The notes beneath the pieces are model-generated. The model was not told the DNA's origin. It worked only from the letters and a program-made list of their open reading frames with translations, and ran no database searches. From Polyangia bacterium (lineage in GTDB: Bacteria; Myxococcota_A; Polyangia; HGW-17; JAJRWW01), in contig JAVEWA010000001.1 of assembly GCA_034004785.1 (NCBI GenBank), positions 1 to 51,433 of the forward strand: a stretch of DNA of 51,433 nt. The letters run 5' to 3'. This document shows positions 8,212-16,148 of this stretch, in pieces. Position 1 is the first letter of the stretch; each line of letters opens with the position of its first letter. Both the position numbers and the translations under genes were made by a program.

Positions 8212-8979
8212 ATGACTCGCTATAACTCCATGGAGCTGATGATCTGCGCCGCGGCTCGCCTCCTCGAGGACGGCAAGCTCGTAGCCGTTGGCACTGGCGC
8301 GCCCTGCGCCACCGCGATGCTGGCCCAGCGCACCCACGCCCCGAACCTCGTGATGATCTTCGAGGCGGGAGGTTTTGCGCCCCTGCTCCCCACCATGCCC
8401 GTGTCGGTGGGAGACTCGCGTACTACCTGGAAGGCCCTGGCCGCCACCAGCATGGACGACATCATGTCCATGTGTCAGCGGGGCATGGTGGACTACGTGT
8501 TCCTCGGAGGCGCGCAGATCGACGCCTACGGGAACCTGAACTCCACCTACATCGGCGATCCCGACAGGCCCAAGGTGGTGCTCCCCGGTTCGGGCGGGGC
8601 CAACGATCTGGCCTCCTTCTGCTGGCGAACCATGGTGATCACGCCCCAGGATCCGCGGCGCTTCGTGCCCCGCCTGGACTTCCTCACGACCCCTGGCTAC
8701 CTGACCGGCAAGGGAGCGAGGGAGAAGGCCGGCCTCCCCGCAGGCTCGGGACCCTACAAGATCATCACCGACCTTGGCATCCTGGGCTTCGATCCCGACT
8801 CCTGCCGGATGCGCCTCGAGTCGGTCCACCCGGGAGTAACTCCGGAGCAGGTGCAGAAGGCCACTGGCTTCGAGCTGCCCGTCGCGTCGGACCTCGCCGA
8901 GACTCCTCCGCCCACCTCCGAGGCCCTGGAGGTGCTCCGGCGGGAGGTGGATCCGCTCCGCTACATCATCGGACGCTAG
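8212..8979 (+). CDS. CoA-transferase subunit B (family I, beta)
   Basis: Supporting segments are MELMICAAARLLEDGKLVAVGTGAPCATAMLAQ…NLVMIFEAGGF… (putative catalytic Glu region) and GGAQIDAYGNLNST. It is paired with subunit A. Confidence 0.85.
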   Translation: MTRYNSMELMICAAARLLEDGKLVAVGTGAPCATAMLAQRTHAPNLVMIFEAGGFAPLLPTMPVSVGDSRTTWKALAATSMDDIMSMCQRGMVDYVFLGGAQIDAYGNLNSTYIGDPDRPKVVLPGSGGANDLASFCWRTMVITPQDPRRFVPRLDFLTTPGYLTGKGAREKAGLPAGSGPYKIITDLGILGFDPDSCRMRLESVHPGVTPEQVQKATGFELPVASDLAETPPPTSEALEVLRREVDPLRYIIGR

Positions 8980-9096
8980 CTGACCCGGGCGAGCGCTGCT
9001 GCCCTTTGGCGCGGCCATTCCTCCCACGTGGGTGCCGCGATTCGATGTGATCGAACCCTACAGGACGAACTCAATGCCCGATCCGGAGGTGCTCTG

Positions 9097-9534
9097 ATGA
9101 ACCGCGGCTTTTTCCCATCGGTATCTGTTGTGTTCGTCGTCGTCTTTTCGTGCATGCTCGCCGGATGCAGCAAGAGATCCTCGCCCGACAAGGAGAAAGC
9201 TCCTCCGATGTCCGAGGGCAGGTTGCTGATTCGCCTGGACTCCACCCGAGCCCTGGTCGATCGGGTGCCCTACCGTTTCGTGCAGGATCCTGCTCACGCC
9301 ATCCTCGAGACGATGGCTTTCGACGCCCCAGGCTTGGGCAGGGTTGCAGTTAACGTGGAGAAGGTGCCGGGCAAGGGGAGCGGTCGTATCGAGGTGTCGG
9401 GAAAGAAGTGCGAGATCACAGAAGCCCACTATGGATCAGGTACCGACGAGTTCGTCAGCTATAGGGGCTTTCAAGGAAGCTGCAAGATGGCTGGAGGCGA
9501 GACCCGCAGCTACGTCGTCGGCCTCGTTAAGTGA
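9097..9534 (+). CDS. Hypothetical lipoprotein
   Basis: I prefer the ATG at 9097, which is preceded by a GGAGG RBS. This gives MNRGFFPSVSVVFVVVFSCMLAGC (signal peptide plus lipobox). The longest ORF starts at 9028. The stretch is visibly less GC-rich than its surroundings. Confidence 0.65.
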   Translation: MNRGFFPSVSVVFVVVFSCMLAGCSKRSSPDKEKAPPMSEGRLLIRLDSTRALVDRVPYRFVQDPAHAILETMAFDAPGLGRVAVNVEKVPGKGSGRIEVSGKKCEITEAHYGSGTDEFVSYRGFQGSCKMAGGETRSYVVGLVK

Positions 9535-9549
9535 TCGACTCGCAGCGCA

Positions 9550-10371
9550 TCAGGAGGCAGTGAGGTTCTTCTCCGCGAAGGACCAGCAGACGAGGTGGTC
9601 CAGAAATGCTTGGATATAGTCGCTGCGCCGGTTCTGCCAGTCCAGGTAGTAGGCGTGCTCCCAGACGTCGATGCAGAGAAGCGGTTTGTGACCACGCGTG
9701 ATGGGCAGGTCGGCGTTTGAGGTCTTCTCCACGGCGAGGCGCCCGTTTGCGAGCACAAGCCAGGCCCAGCCGCTGCCGAACTGAGCCGCCGCGGCCTGCG
9801 CCAGAGCTTTCTTGGCCTCAGTGAAACCACCGAGATCCGCCTTGAGCTTGTCGGAGAGCATCTTGGGCGGGTCGCCCCCTCCCTTGGGAGACATGCTTTC
9901 CCAGTAGAAGTCGTGGTTCCATACCTGGGCGGCGTTGTTGAAGAGCCCCTCGAGGCCGGGCTTGCCCGCCACCTGGCGAATAAGCTCTTGTAAGGTGAGG
10001 GCCTCGCGCGGGGTGCCTCGAACCTCGGCGTTGAGCTTGTCTAGGTAACCCTGGTGATGCTTGCCATAGTGAAAGGCCACCGTACGACCCGACACATGTG
10101 GTGCCAGGGCTTCGGGCCCATATGGAAGCTTGACCAGGTGGAATGGCCCCTTCCCTGTGCTCTGCGCGGCCGCGGCTGGACGGGGCTGAGCCCCAGCGCC
10201 CTGGCAGCCTGCAGAAATAGAGGAAAGGACAGGCGCTGCCAGCATCCCAGCGGCCGGGGCTCCAAGCGCGATTTTCAGCAGGCGCCGGCGTGTGGTGCCA
10301 CCGGCACCAATTTCTGACGTTGTGTCTGTTGAACCGGATCCCTGGAGTGACTTGTCGTTTATCTCGGTCAT
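9550..10371 (-). CDS. Fe/Mn-family superoxide dismutase with an N-terminal twin-arginine signal (possible lipoprotein)
   Basis: SOD family motifs are FHYGKHHQGYLDKLN, FNNAAQVWNHDFYW and the signature DVWEHAYYLDWQNRR. The N-terminus carries TRRRLLKIALGAPAAGMLAAPVLSSISAGC, which is a Tat motif, h-region and Cys. Confidence 0.9.
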   Translation of the reverse strand: MTEINDKSLQGSGSTDTTSEIGAGGTTRRRLLKIALGAPAAGMLAAPVLSSISAGCQGAGAQPRPAAAAQSTGKGPFHLVKLPYGPEALAPHVSGRTVAFHYGKHHQGYLDKLNAEVRGTPREALTLQELIRQVAGKPGLEGLFNNAAQVWNHDFYWESMSPKGGGDPPKMLSDKLKADLGGFTEAKKALAQAAAAQFGSGWAWLVLANGRLAVEKTSNADLPITRGHKPLLCIDVWEHAYYLDWQNRRSDYIQAFLDHLVCWSFAEKNLTAS

Positions 10372-10555
10372 TTACTACCTCGCGTCTTGTTCTTGCAGTG
10401 GAAGATAGCCTCTATCACGTCCTGTGGTTGTTTGTCTCGATACGAGCATGTCGTGAGCTCGAATTTCGGAAGGATCGGATACCTGGCATGGATTCGGGCT
10501 CCAACTGTGCTCGAGTGGGGCATGGCGAAACTGCACCCAAACATGCCGATCTCGC

Positions 10556-13213
10556 TCAGGGGGAGACGCAGCTCCCTCCGCTGCACAGGCCGTCCTGGCA
10601 GGCCAGGCCTTCGCAGTCGGGATCTGCGCAGTCGGCGAGGCCGTCTCCGTCGTCGTCCGAGCCGTTGTCGCAGCGCTCGTCAGTGAAGAGGCTGTCAAAG
10701 CGATAGCGCCAGACGTCGGCGTAGTAGACCGACACACCATCCGAGCCGCCGCTCAGCACCACGCCCCGGAGCTCGGGATCGAAGCTCCCGGCAGCGCCGA
10801 GGCGCGCCTCGGGCCAGGTGGTCACACCGAGTGGGGTCCACTGCTGCCCGTCGTATTCCCAGGTGTCGTCCAGGGGGACGGGGCACTCGAGGAAGAAGAG
10901 CCCCTGGAACTCGAGCTTGGTACAACCACCGAAGAGCACGTGGACCTGGCGGTTGTCGTCATACATCAGGAGCTGACCGAGGCGCATGGCAGGAGTGGCG
11001 GTGAAGCTGCGGTTGGTCCAGTCGGTGGAATCCAGCTCCCAGGTTTCGAACGTCATGGAAGCTCCGATTCCTCCAGCCCGGACCGTCACGCTACGCGCCC
11101 TGTCGAAGCTCAATGATGCGAGGACCGTCGGAGGTGGATTGGTAGTGGTGTTCACCAGGGCCCAGGAGATGCCGTCGTACTCCCAGGTGTCGCTATAAAC
11201 CTGGCTCATGTTCACGTCCAGCTCCACCATGCCTCCGTGCACGAGGATCTTGCCGCGGCTCTCGTCGAAGACCATCCCGTGCCAGTAGCGGGCCGGCGGC
11301 GACTGCGCGGGGCTCCTCTGCTCCCATGTGTAGCCGTCATACTCCCAGGTGTCGCCAAGCTCGCCGTTACTCTGGCAAATGTCCAGGGCGTGCATTCGAA
11401 AGGCCTGGCAGCCGCCGAAGAGCACAACTCGATCCCGGATTGGGTCGTAGGCCATAGCATGGCCTGAAACAGCGGGCCCTCCCTGGGCGCCGGGCACCCA
11501 GGCTCCTTGTCCGAACTCCCAGGTGTCCGATCGGGTCCCGAGGGAGTCGCTGCCTCCATGCAGCACCAGGCGACCGCGGCCGTCTCGCGCCACGCCTGCG
11601 AACACTCTAGCAAGCAAGGGCGACGGAACCGTGAGGTTCGACCATGCGGTGCCGGAGAGGGCCCAGGTATCCTCGAGGGCGGCGCCCACGCAGGGATTCG
11701 GCCCATCTCTGAACACGGCGCAGCCACCCTGGACCAGCACGCGGTCTTCCTTGGGATCATAGGCCATGGCGTGCCCGGCCCTCGCGCTGGGACCACCGGG
11801 CGCCGTGAGCATCGACCAGGTTGCGCCGTCGTAGGCCCAGAGATCCCCAAGAGCGCCCCCTGGCGCACGGCCTCCGAAGAGCAGGATGGAGCCCCTCGAG
11901 GTGTCCCAGGCCATGCCGTGACCGCTGCGTGCAGATGGGGAGCTCGCTGGAGTCATCTGGAGCCAGTCCACCCCGTCGTACTCCCAGGTGTCTCCAAGGG
12001 TAGCGCCGTTGCAGAGACCGAGGACGCTCAGGCTGTCACAGCCTCCGAACAGCACCACCCGGCCGCGGAGCGGATCATAGGAGAGCCGGTGGTTGAACCG
12101 AGGCGGCGGAGCGTGAGCCGTGCTCACTGCCACCCAGGCCGCGCCATCGTACTCCCAGGTCTCCCCGCGGGCGCCGCCAGGCGCGAGTCCGCCGAAGAGC
12201 ACAATTCGGCCCCGCGCCGAGTCCCAGGCCAGGGCGTGGCCGGCGAGGGCGCCGGGCAGCTCCGCCGTGGCGATGCGCGACCAATTGACGCCGTCGTATT
12301 CCCACGTGTCCGCTAGGAGGCTCTGGCCGAAGTAGCCCCCGTAGAGCACAACCCGATCTCTGGTTCCGTCGTAGATCATGGCTGAGGCGAACCGCGCCAT
12401 GGGACTATCGAGGGTCTCGACACTTGCCCAGTCAGACCCAGCGAGTTCAACTGTGGTTGGCCTCGTCTCTCCGCCGAAGAGCACTAGGCGCTCCACCTTG
12501 CCCAGGTAGGCCGCCGAATGGGCAGCGCGCCCAGGGACGAAGACCGGCCAGTTCCGCCAGGCCGGGCGTTCCGCCGCGCACAGGCTGTGGCAGCCGTCGT
12601 GGTTTGACGTGCCGCCGTCGTCGCAGTCCTCGGTAGCGGCGTCCACCACTCCATTGCCGCAGGTTTCATCAGACTGGCAGTTGGCAGAGCAGCCATCCCC
12701 GGAGAGGATGTTGCCGTCGTCGCAGGCCTCTCCCGGGTCCTTCACACCGTTGCCGCAGATGTATACCTGACAGGTGACGCCGCAGGTCCCCTCGGCGTGG
12801 CCGTTGGGATGAACGCAATGGGTCGCGGTGGGAAGCGCGGGATCGCCGCAGTCGCACCACTCTCCGGCTCCTACGTCCACTATGCCGTCCCCGCAGCTCG
12901 GAAAGGTGCAGCCGGGCCTGCAGGCGTCGGGGACGACGGCGCTGTTGCGAGGGCCATCGTCGCATTCCTCTCCCTCATCCACCACAGAATCTCCACAGTG
13001 CGCCAGGGTGCAGTCGGTGCGGCAGGCGTCGGGGATGGAGTCGCTGTTTGAAGGCCCGTCGTCGCACTCCTCCCCACCTGTCCGCAGGCCGTCGCCACAA
13101 AGGGCCTGGGAGTTGTTGTTGCCTTGGTTTTGGTTCTGGTTGCCAGCTGGGTCCCCGTCGCCGCAGGCGGAGAGCAGGACGGTTACGCAGAGGCTCCACG
13201 CAAAAAGACGCAT
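10556..13213 (-). CDS. Large lipoprotein: N-terminal myxococcal-type cysteine-rich repeats, about 11 Kelch-like blades and a C-terminal Cys-rich module
   Basis: I prefer ATG 13213, which has a GAGGAG RBS and gives [17 protein letters not shown] (lipobox); the longest ORF extends to 13399. Four to five repeats of CGDG…(E/A)CDDG are present. Recurrent (D/E)TWEYDG..W motifs ([90 protein letters not shown]…) mark the Kelch blades. The C-terminus reads [35 protein letters not shown]. Confidence 0.85.
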   Translation of the reverse strand: MRLFAWSLCVTVLLSACGDGDPAGNQNQNQGNNNSQALCGDGLRTGGEECDDGPSNSDSIPDACRTDCTLAHCGDSVVDEGEECDDGPRNSAVVPDACRPGCTFPSCGDGIVDVGAGEWCDCGDPALPTATHCVHPNGHAEGTCGVTCQVYICGNGVKDPGEACDDGNILSGDGCSANCQSDETCGNGVVDAATEDCDDGGTSNHDGCHSLCAAERPAWRNWPVFVPGRAAHSAAYLGKVERLVLFGGETRPTTVELAGSDWASVETLDSPMARFASAMIYDGTRDRVVLYGGYFGQSLLADTWEYDGVNWSRIATAELPGALAGHALAWDSARGRIVLFGGLAPGGARGETWEYDGAAWVAVSTAHAPPPRFNHRLSYDPLRGRVVLFGGCDSLSVLGLCNGATLGDTWEYDGVDWLQMTPASSPSARSGHGMAWDTSRGSILLFGGRAPGGALGDLWAYDGATWSMLTAPGGPSARAGHAMAYDPKEDRVLVQGGCAVFRDGPNPCVGAALEDTWALSGTAWSNLTVPSPLLARVFAGVARDGRGRLVLHGGSDSLGTRSDTWEFGQGAWVPGAQGGPAVSGHAMAYDPIRDRVVLFGGCQAFRMHALDICQSNGELGDTWEYDGYTWEQRSPAQSPPARYWHGMVFDESRGKILVHGGMVELDVNMSQVYSDTWEYDGISWALVNTTTNPPPTVLASLSFDRARSVTVRAGGIGASMTFETWELDSTDWTNRSFTATPAMRLGQLLMYDDNRQVHVLFGGCTKLEFQGLFFLECPVPLDDTWEYDGQQWTPLGVTTWPEARLGAAGSFDPELRGVVLSGGSDGVSVYYADVWRYRFDSLFTDERCDNGSDDDGDGLADCADPDCEGLACQDGLCSGGSCVSP

Positions 13214-13464
13214 TGGGAAGCTCCTCGCCGAGGCAGTGGGGCGTCCTGTAGCATACCATCGCGCGCCTTGGCGCACGCGGGGCAAAGATCCCTTTGTCCG
13301 GTCCTGCGCCCCCATATCTGCTTCAGACGAAGAGACGGACCCTCCCTCAGTGCGTCTGATCTTGGCCGAGGAGGTGGGTGTGCTCCCGCAGTCTCCCACG
13401 ATCCAGGGCCGGGACGGCGGCCGAAGCGGCCTTGCGTGGGGCTGGTCGATCAGGAGCTTCGGCG

Positions 13465-14289
13465 TCAGTCATCCATGAAATTGCGGTCCGGGCTGATGCC
13501 GCGGGTCTGGACTGGCTGCTTAAAGCGGGGCTTGGGACGCCAGGGCTGGATCCCCTTGGTGGGCGGCGGCTGGGCGGGCCTCTCCCTCTGGGGCGCCACG
13601 CTCGCCGGCCGCATGCTCTCGGGCTCTTCCATGGCCGCCATGTCCATGGAGTCGGCGTCCATTTCCTTGGTATCTGCCCCAGCGGGCCTTTCGCCTGCTC
13701 CGGGTCTTGCGGGCGGGCTTGCCTCGGGCCTCTCGGGCGGCGGGTCCGCGGGCCTGGGGGCCGCTGCGTCGGCCTTGGCCTCAGGGGGCGGAGGCTCGAC
13801 CTCTCGAGCAGGCCGATCTCCCTCGGCCTCGGGCGTGCCGGGCTGGTCCTTGTCCGGAGAGCCGCCTGATTTGTCGCTCGATTCCTGGGAGGGTTTCTTC
13901 TTGCAGCCAGCTGCGGCCGATGCGCCCAGGAGGGCCGCCAGGGCGAGGGAGGCCTGCTCCAAGAACCTCCGCCTGTCCGGCGCGTCAAGCCGGCCTTTGA
14001 CTCGGGAGATCATCTGGTCCAGGGCTGGCGCGGGCACCGAGGCCAGGATGGCTCGCTCGCTCGCGGAGAAGTCGAGGCCGGTGGCCTCCACTGTGGCCTT
14101 GCGATCTTGCGCCAGGGCATCGGCAAACTCAGGGCTCGCCGCCGCCAGGCCCATCAGGTGCTCGAGGCCCACTGGGATGGGCGGCAGGTCCCGAGCGTTG
14201 CCCTCGGGCTGGCCACCCACGATGGTCGTCCTCGCCGCCTCCCTGCGCAGGATGCTCGCCTTTCCGCTTGTGGCAGCGTTTTTTGTCAT
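13465..14289 (-). CDS. Paralog P1 of a three-member tandem family: leader-like helical N-module, internal RR/lipobox signal and Pro/Glu/Ala-rich tail
   Basis: I prefer ATG 14289, which has an AGGAGG RBS 7 nt upstream and gives [97 protein letters not shown]…[26 protein letters not shown]…. The longest ORF starts at 14346. The module is conserved at the protein level with P2 and P3. Confidence 0.75.
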   Translation of the reverse strand: MTKNAATSGKASILRREAARTTIVGGQPEGNARDLPPIPVGLEHLMGLAAASPEFADALAQDRKATVEATGLDFSASERAILASVPAPALDQMISRVKGRLDAPDRRRFLEQASLALAALLGASAAAGCKKKPSQESSDKSGGSPDKDQPGTPEAEGDRPAREVEPPPPEAKADAAAPRPADPPPERPEASPPARPGAGERPAGADTKEMDADSMDMAAMEEPESMRPASVAPQRERPAQPPPTKGIQPWRPKPRFKQPVQTRGISPDRNFMDD

Positions 14290-14459
14290 CAGATCCCCTC
14301 CTGCAAGAGCTGTCGAGCCTGGCTGTTTGTTCATCGGGTCTTCCATGGCGTCTCATCCAGATCCGAGCACCGAGAGGTTAGCACATTGGGGCCCCTCGAG
14401 TACATGACCCAGCGAACCAGCGCGCCCGAGGGATCGAGAACCTCCAGGGCCTGGCCGGC

Positions 14460-14583
14460 AATGGGCAGGCCGTCAGAGGGGCAGGTTGCCAATGGGCAGG
14501 CCGTCATAGGGACAGGTTGCCAATGGGCAGGCCGTCAGAGGGGCAGGTTGCCAATGGGCAGGCCGGCAAGGGGCAGGTCGGCG
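14460..14583. repeat. Intergenic tandem repeat, 31 bp x ~4 (AATGGGCAGGCCGTCAGAGGGGCAGGTTGCC), between paralogs P2 and P1
   Basis: Copies lie at 14460-14490, 14491-14521 (2 mismatches), 14522-14552 and 14553-14583 (degenerate). Each unit holds two GGGCAGG cores about 15-16 nt apart and a small GGCAggtTGCC inverted repeat. The period is not a multiple of 3. Confidence 0.9.
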
Positions 14584-14596
14584 CAGAGGGCCCGGG

Positions 14597-15337
14597 TTAG
14601 CGCGGCCGGACGCCGCCCTTGGCGTTCACGTAGGAAGGGCGATCCCGAGGAGGGTCCTGGCAGGGTTGATCGGCAGTCGGCCCCTGGCCAACGCGCTTTT
14701 CATGGATGGCCACTCCGCTCGGGTAGGAGCCTCCGCCCCCCTGGGGCAGCGGGTCCGAGGCCCCGGAGGTGTCCCTGGGGGCGCCAGCGTCTGGGCGAGG
14801 CTGCGGATCTGGCCTTCGCGGAGGCCGGTCGGGCTGGATCCCGGTGGGGGGCGGGGGCTCATGGGGCCGATCCACCCTGGCCCCACCGGCCGTTGCCGGG
14901 GGCCGCTCGGGCCGGCGTTTGGGAAGGGGCTTGCCTTTGCCTGAGGTGGTCTCGCAGCCTGGCAGGGCGGCGCCTCCCACCAGGATGGCCACTGCTGCCG
15001 CTGCCCGCTCGAGGAAGATCCGCCGGTCTGGCTCTACCAGGGCAGGCTTCACCCGGGCGATCATGGTATCCAGGGTGGGTCCGTCCACCGCGCCCAGGAT
15101 GGCCCGCTCCGAGGGGAAGAGCTCGATGCCCGCCGCGTCCGCCGCGCGCTGGGGATCCTTGCGCAGGGCGGCGGCAAAGGGTTCGGAGGTGGAGCCGAGT
15201 GCCAAGAGGTGCTCGAGGCCCACTGGCACGGGAGGAAGCTCCTCATGGCGGCCGTCCGATGGGTGGGCGGCCGCAGCGCTGGAGGAGCCAGCCGAGGTCA
15301 GGCGGCTCGAGGGTGGGGTGGCAGGTCCTTTCTGCAT
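14597..15337 (-). CDS. Paralog P2 of the tandem family (leader-like N-module, internal RR/lipobox signal, Pro/Arg-rich tail)
   Basis: ATG 15337 has an AAGGAG RBS. The sequence reads …EELPPVPVGLEHLLALGSTSEPFAAALRKDPQRAADAAGIELFPSERAILGAVDGPTLDTMIARV…PDRRIFLERAAAAVAILVGGAALPGC…, followed by a Pro/Arg/Asp-rich tail. Confidence 0.8.
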   Translation of the reverse strand: MQKGPATPPSSRLTSAGSSSAAAAHPSDGRHEELPPVPVGLEHLLALGSTSEPFAAALRKDPQRAADAAGIELFPSERAILGAVDGPTLDTMIARVKPALVEPDRRIFLERAAAAVAILVGGAALPGCETTSGKGKPLPKRRPERPPATAGGARVDRPHEPPPPTGIQPDRPPRRPDPQPRPDAGAPRDTSGASDPLPQGGGGSYPSGVAIHEKRVGQGPTADQPCQDPPRDRPSYVNAKGGVRPR

Positions 15338-15444
15338 GGCTCTTCTCCTTGGGCTTCCTGTCTGCGGCCTGTTCGGCCGCCCGTGGTTGTGGGCCTGGGA
15401 GATTCTGGATTTGAGGGTTTGTCTCCGCCTATGGTGGAGGAACC

Positions 15445-16107
15445 CTAGTTGTCTTCTCCTGAACCCTGCCGCGGGCTAGGTTTCGGGGCTACTTTTTCGG
15501 GTCGGATGCCGCCTATCATCCTGGTGTCCTGTGGATCGGGGGCATCCCTGGGCCTCTCGGGCCGGCTGCCCGCGGGCTTATGAGTCCGGTCCGGTCGCGC
15601 GCCGCCGTCCACGTCCAGCTCCGTCTTCCTCGGCCGGAATGGTGGGAGCGCGGGTTGCGCGGCTGCCCCTGCGTCGGGCTCCGAGGGCCTGGGCGTCCGA
15701 GGCTCGGACCCTGGCTGATCCTTTGACTTGGGCGCGGGCTTCTCGGCGCAGGCCGAGAGGGCCGCGCCCCCGAGGAGGAAGGCCACCGCCGCCGCGGCCC
15801 GCTCGAGGAAGATGCGCCGGTCGGGCTGGTCCTGGGCCCTTTCCACGCGGGCGATCATCTGCTCGAGGGAGGAGGCTGGCACGGCCGACAGGATCGAGGA
15901 CTCGGCCGGGGACAGGGAGAGCCCGGCCGCCTGGGCCGCCCTGGCCCTATCGGTTGCGAGGACCGCGGCGAACTCGGGGCTCGCCGCCGCCAGGGAGAGG
16001 ATCTCCTCGAGGCCCGCTGGCACCGGGGGCAGGTCCCGGGCGTTTCCCGGGGGCTGGCCTCCCACTATCGTGGTGCGGGCTGCTTGCCTTTTGCGGGAGT
16101 CATGCAT
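15445..16107 (-). CDS. Paralog P3 of the tandem family (leader-like N-module, internal RR/lipobox signal, Pro-rich tail)
   Basis: The start is ATG 16107 ([88 protein letters not shown]…PDRRIFLERAAAAVAFLLGGAALSAC…), 41 nt after the radical SAM stop. The upstream part of the 574-aa track ORF (to 17169) overlaps the radical SAM gene out of frame and is Arg/Gly/Pro junk. Confidence 0.8.
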   Translation of the reverse strand: MHDSRKRQAARTTIVGGQPPGNARDLPPVPAGLEEILSLAAASPEFAAVLATDRARAAQAAGLSLSPAESSILSAVPASSLEQMIARVERAQDQPDRRIFLERAAAAVAFLLGGAALSACAEKPAPKSKDQPGSEPRTPRPSEPDAGAAAQPALPPFRPRKTELDVDGGARPDRTHKPAGSRPERPRDAPDPQDTRMIGGIRPEKVAPKPSPRQGSGEDN

Positions 16108-16148
16108 GGCGGATTGCCTTTCTGAGCGTCTCTTCGGCCTGGGCCGAG

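Noticed and set aside
14460-14583. Possible CRISPR array
   Set aside because: The 31-bp units are directly contiguous with no spacers, and there are no cas genes in the window. It is a plain tandem repeat.
13124-15414. 427-aa and 435-aa plus-strand ORFs (13124..14407, 14107..15414)
   Set aside because: They are antisense to paralogs P1 and P2 and run through the 31-bp non-coding repeat. Their composition is Arg/Gly/Pro/Ala-rich shadow sequence.
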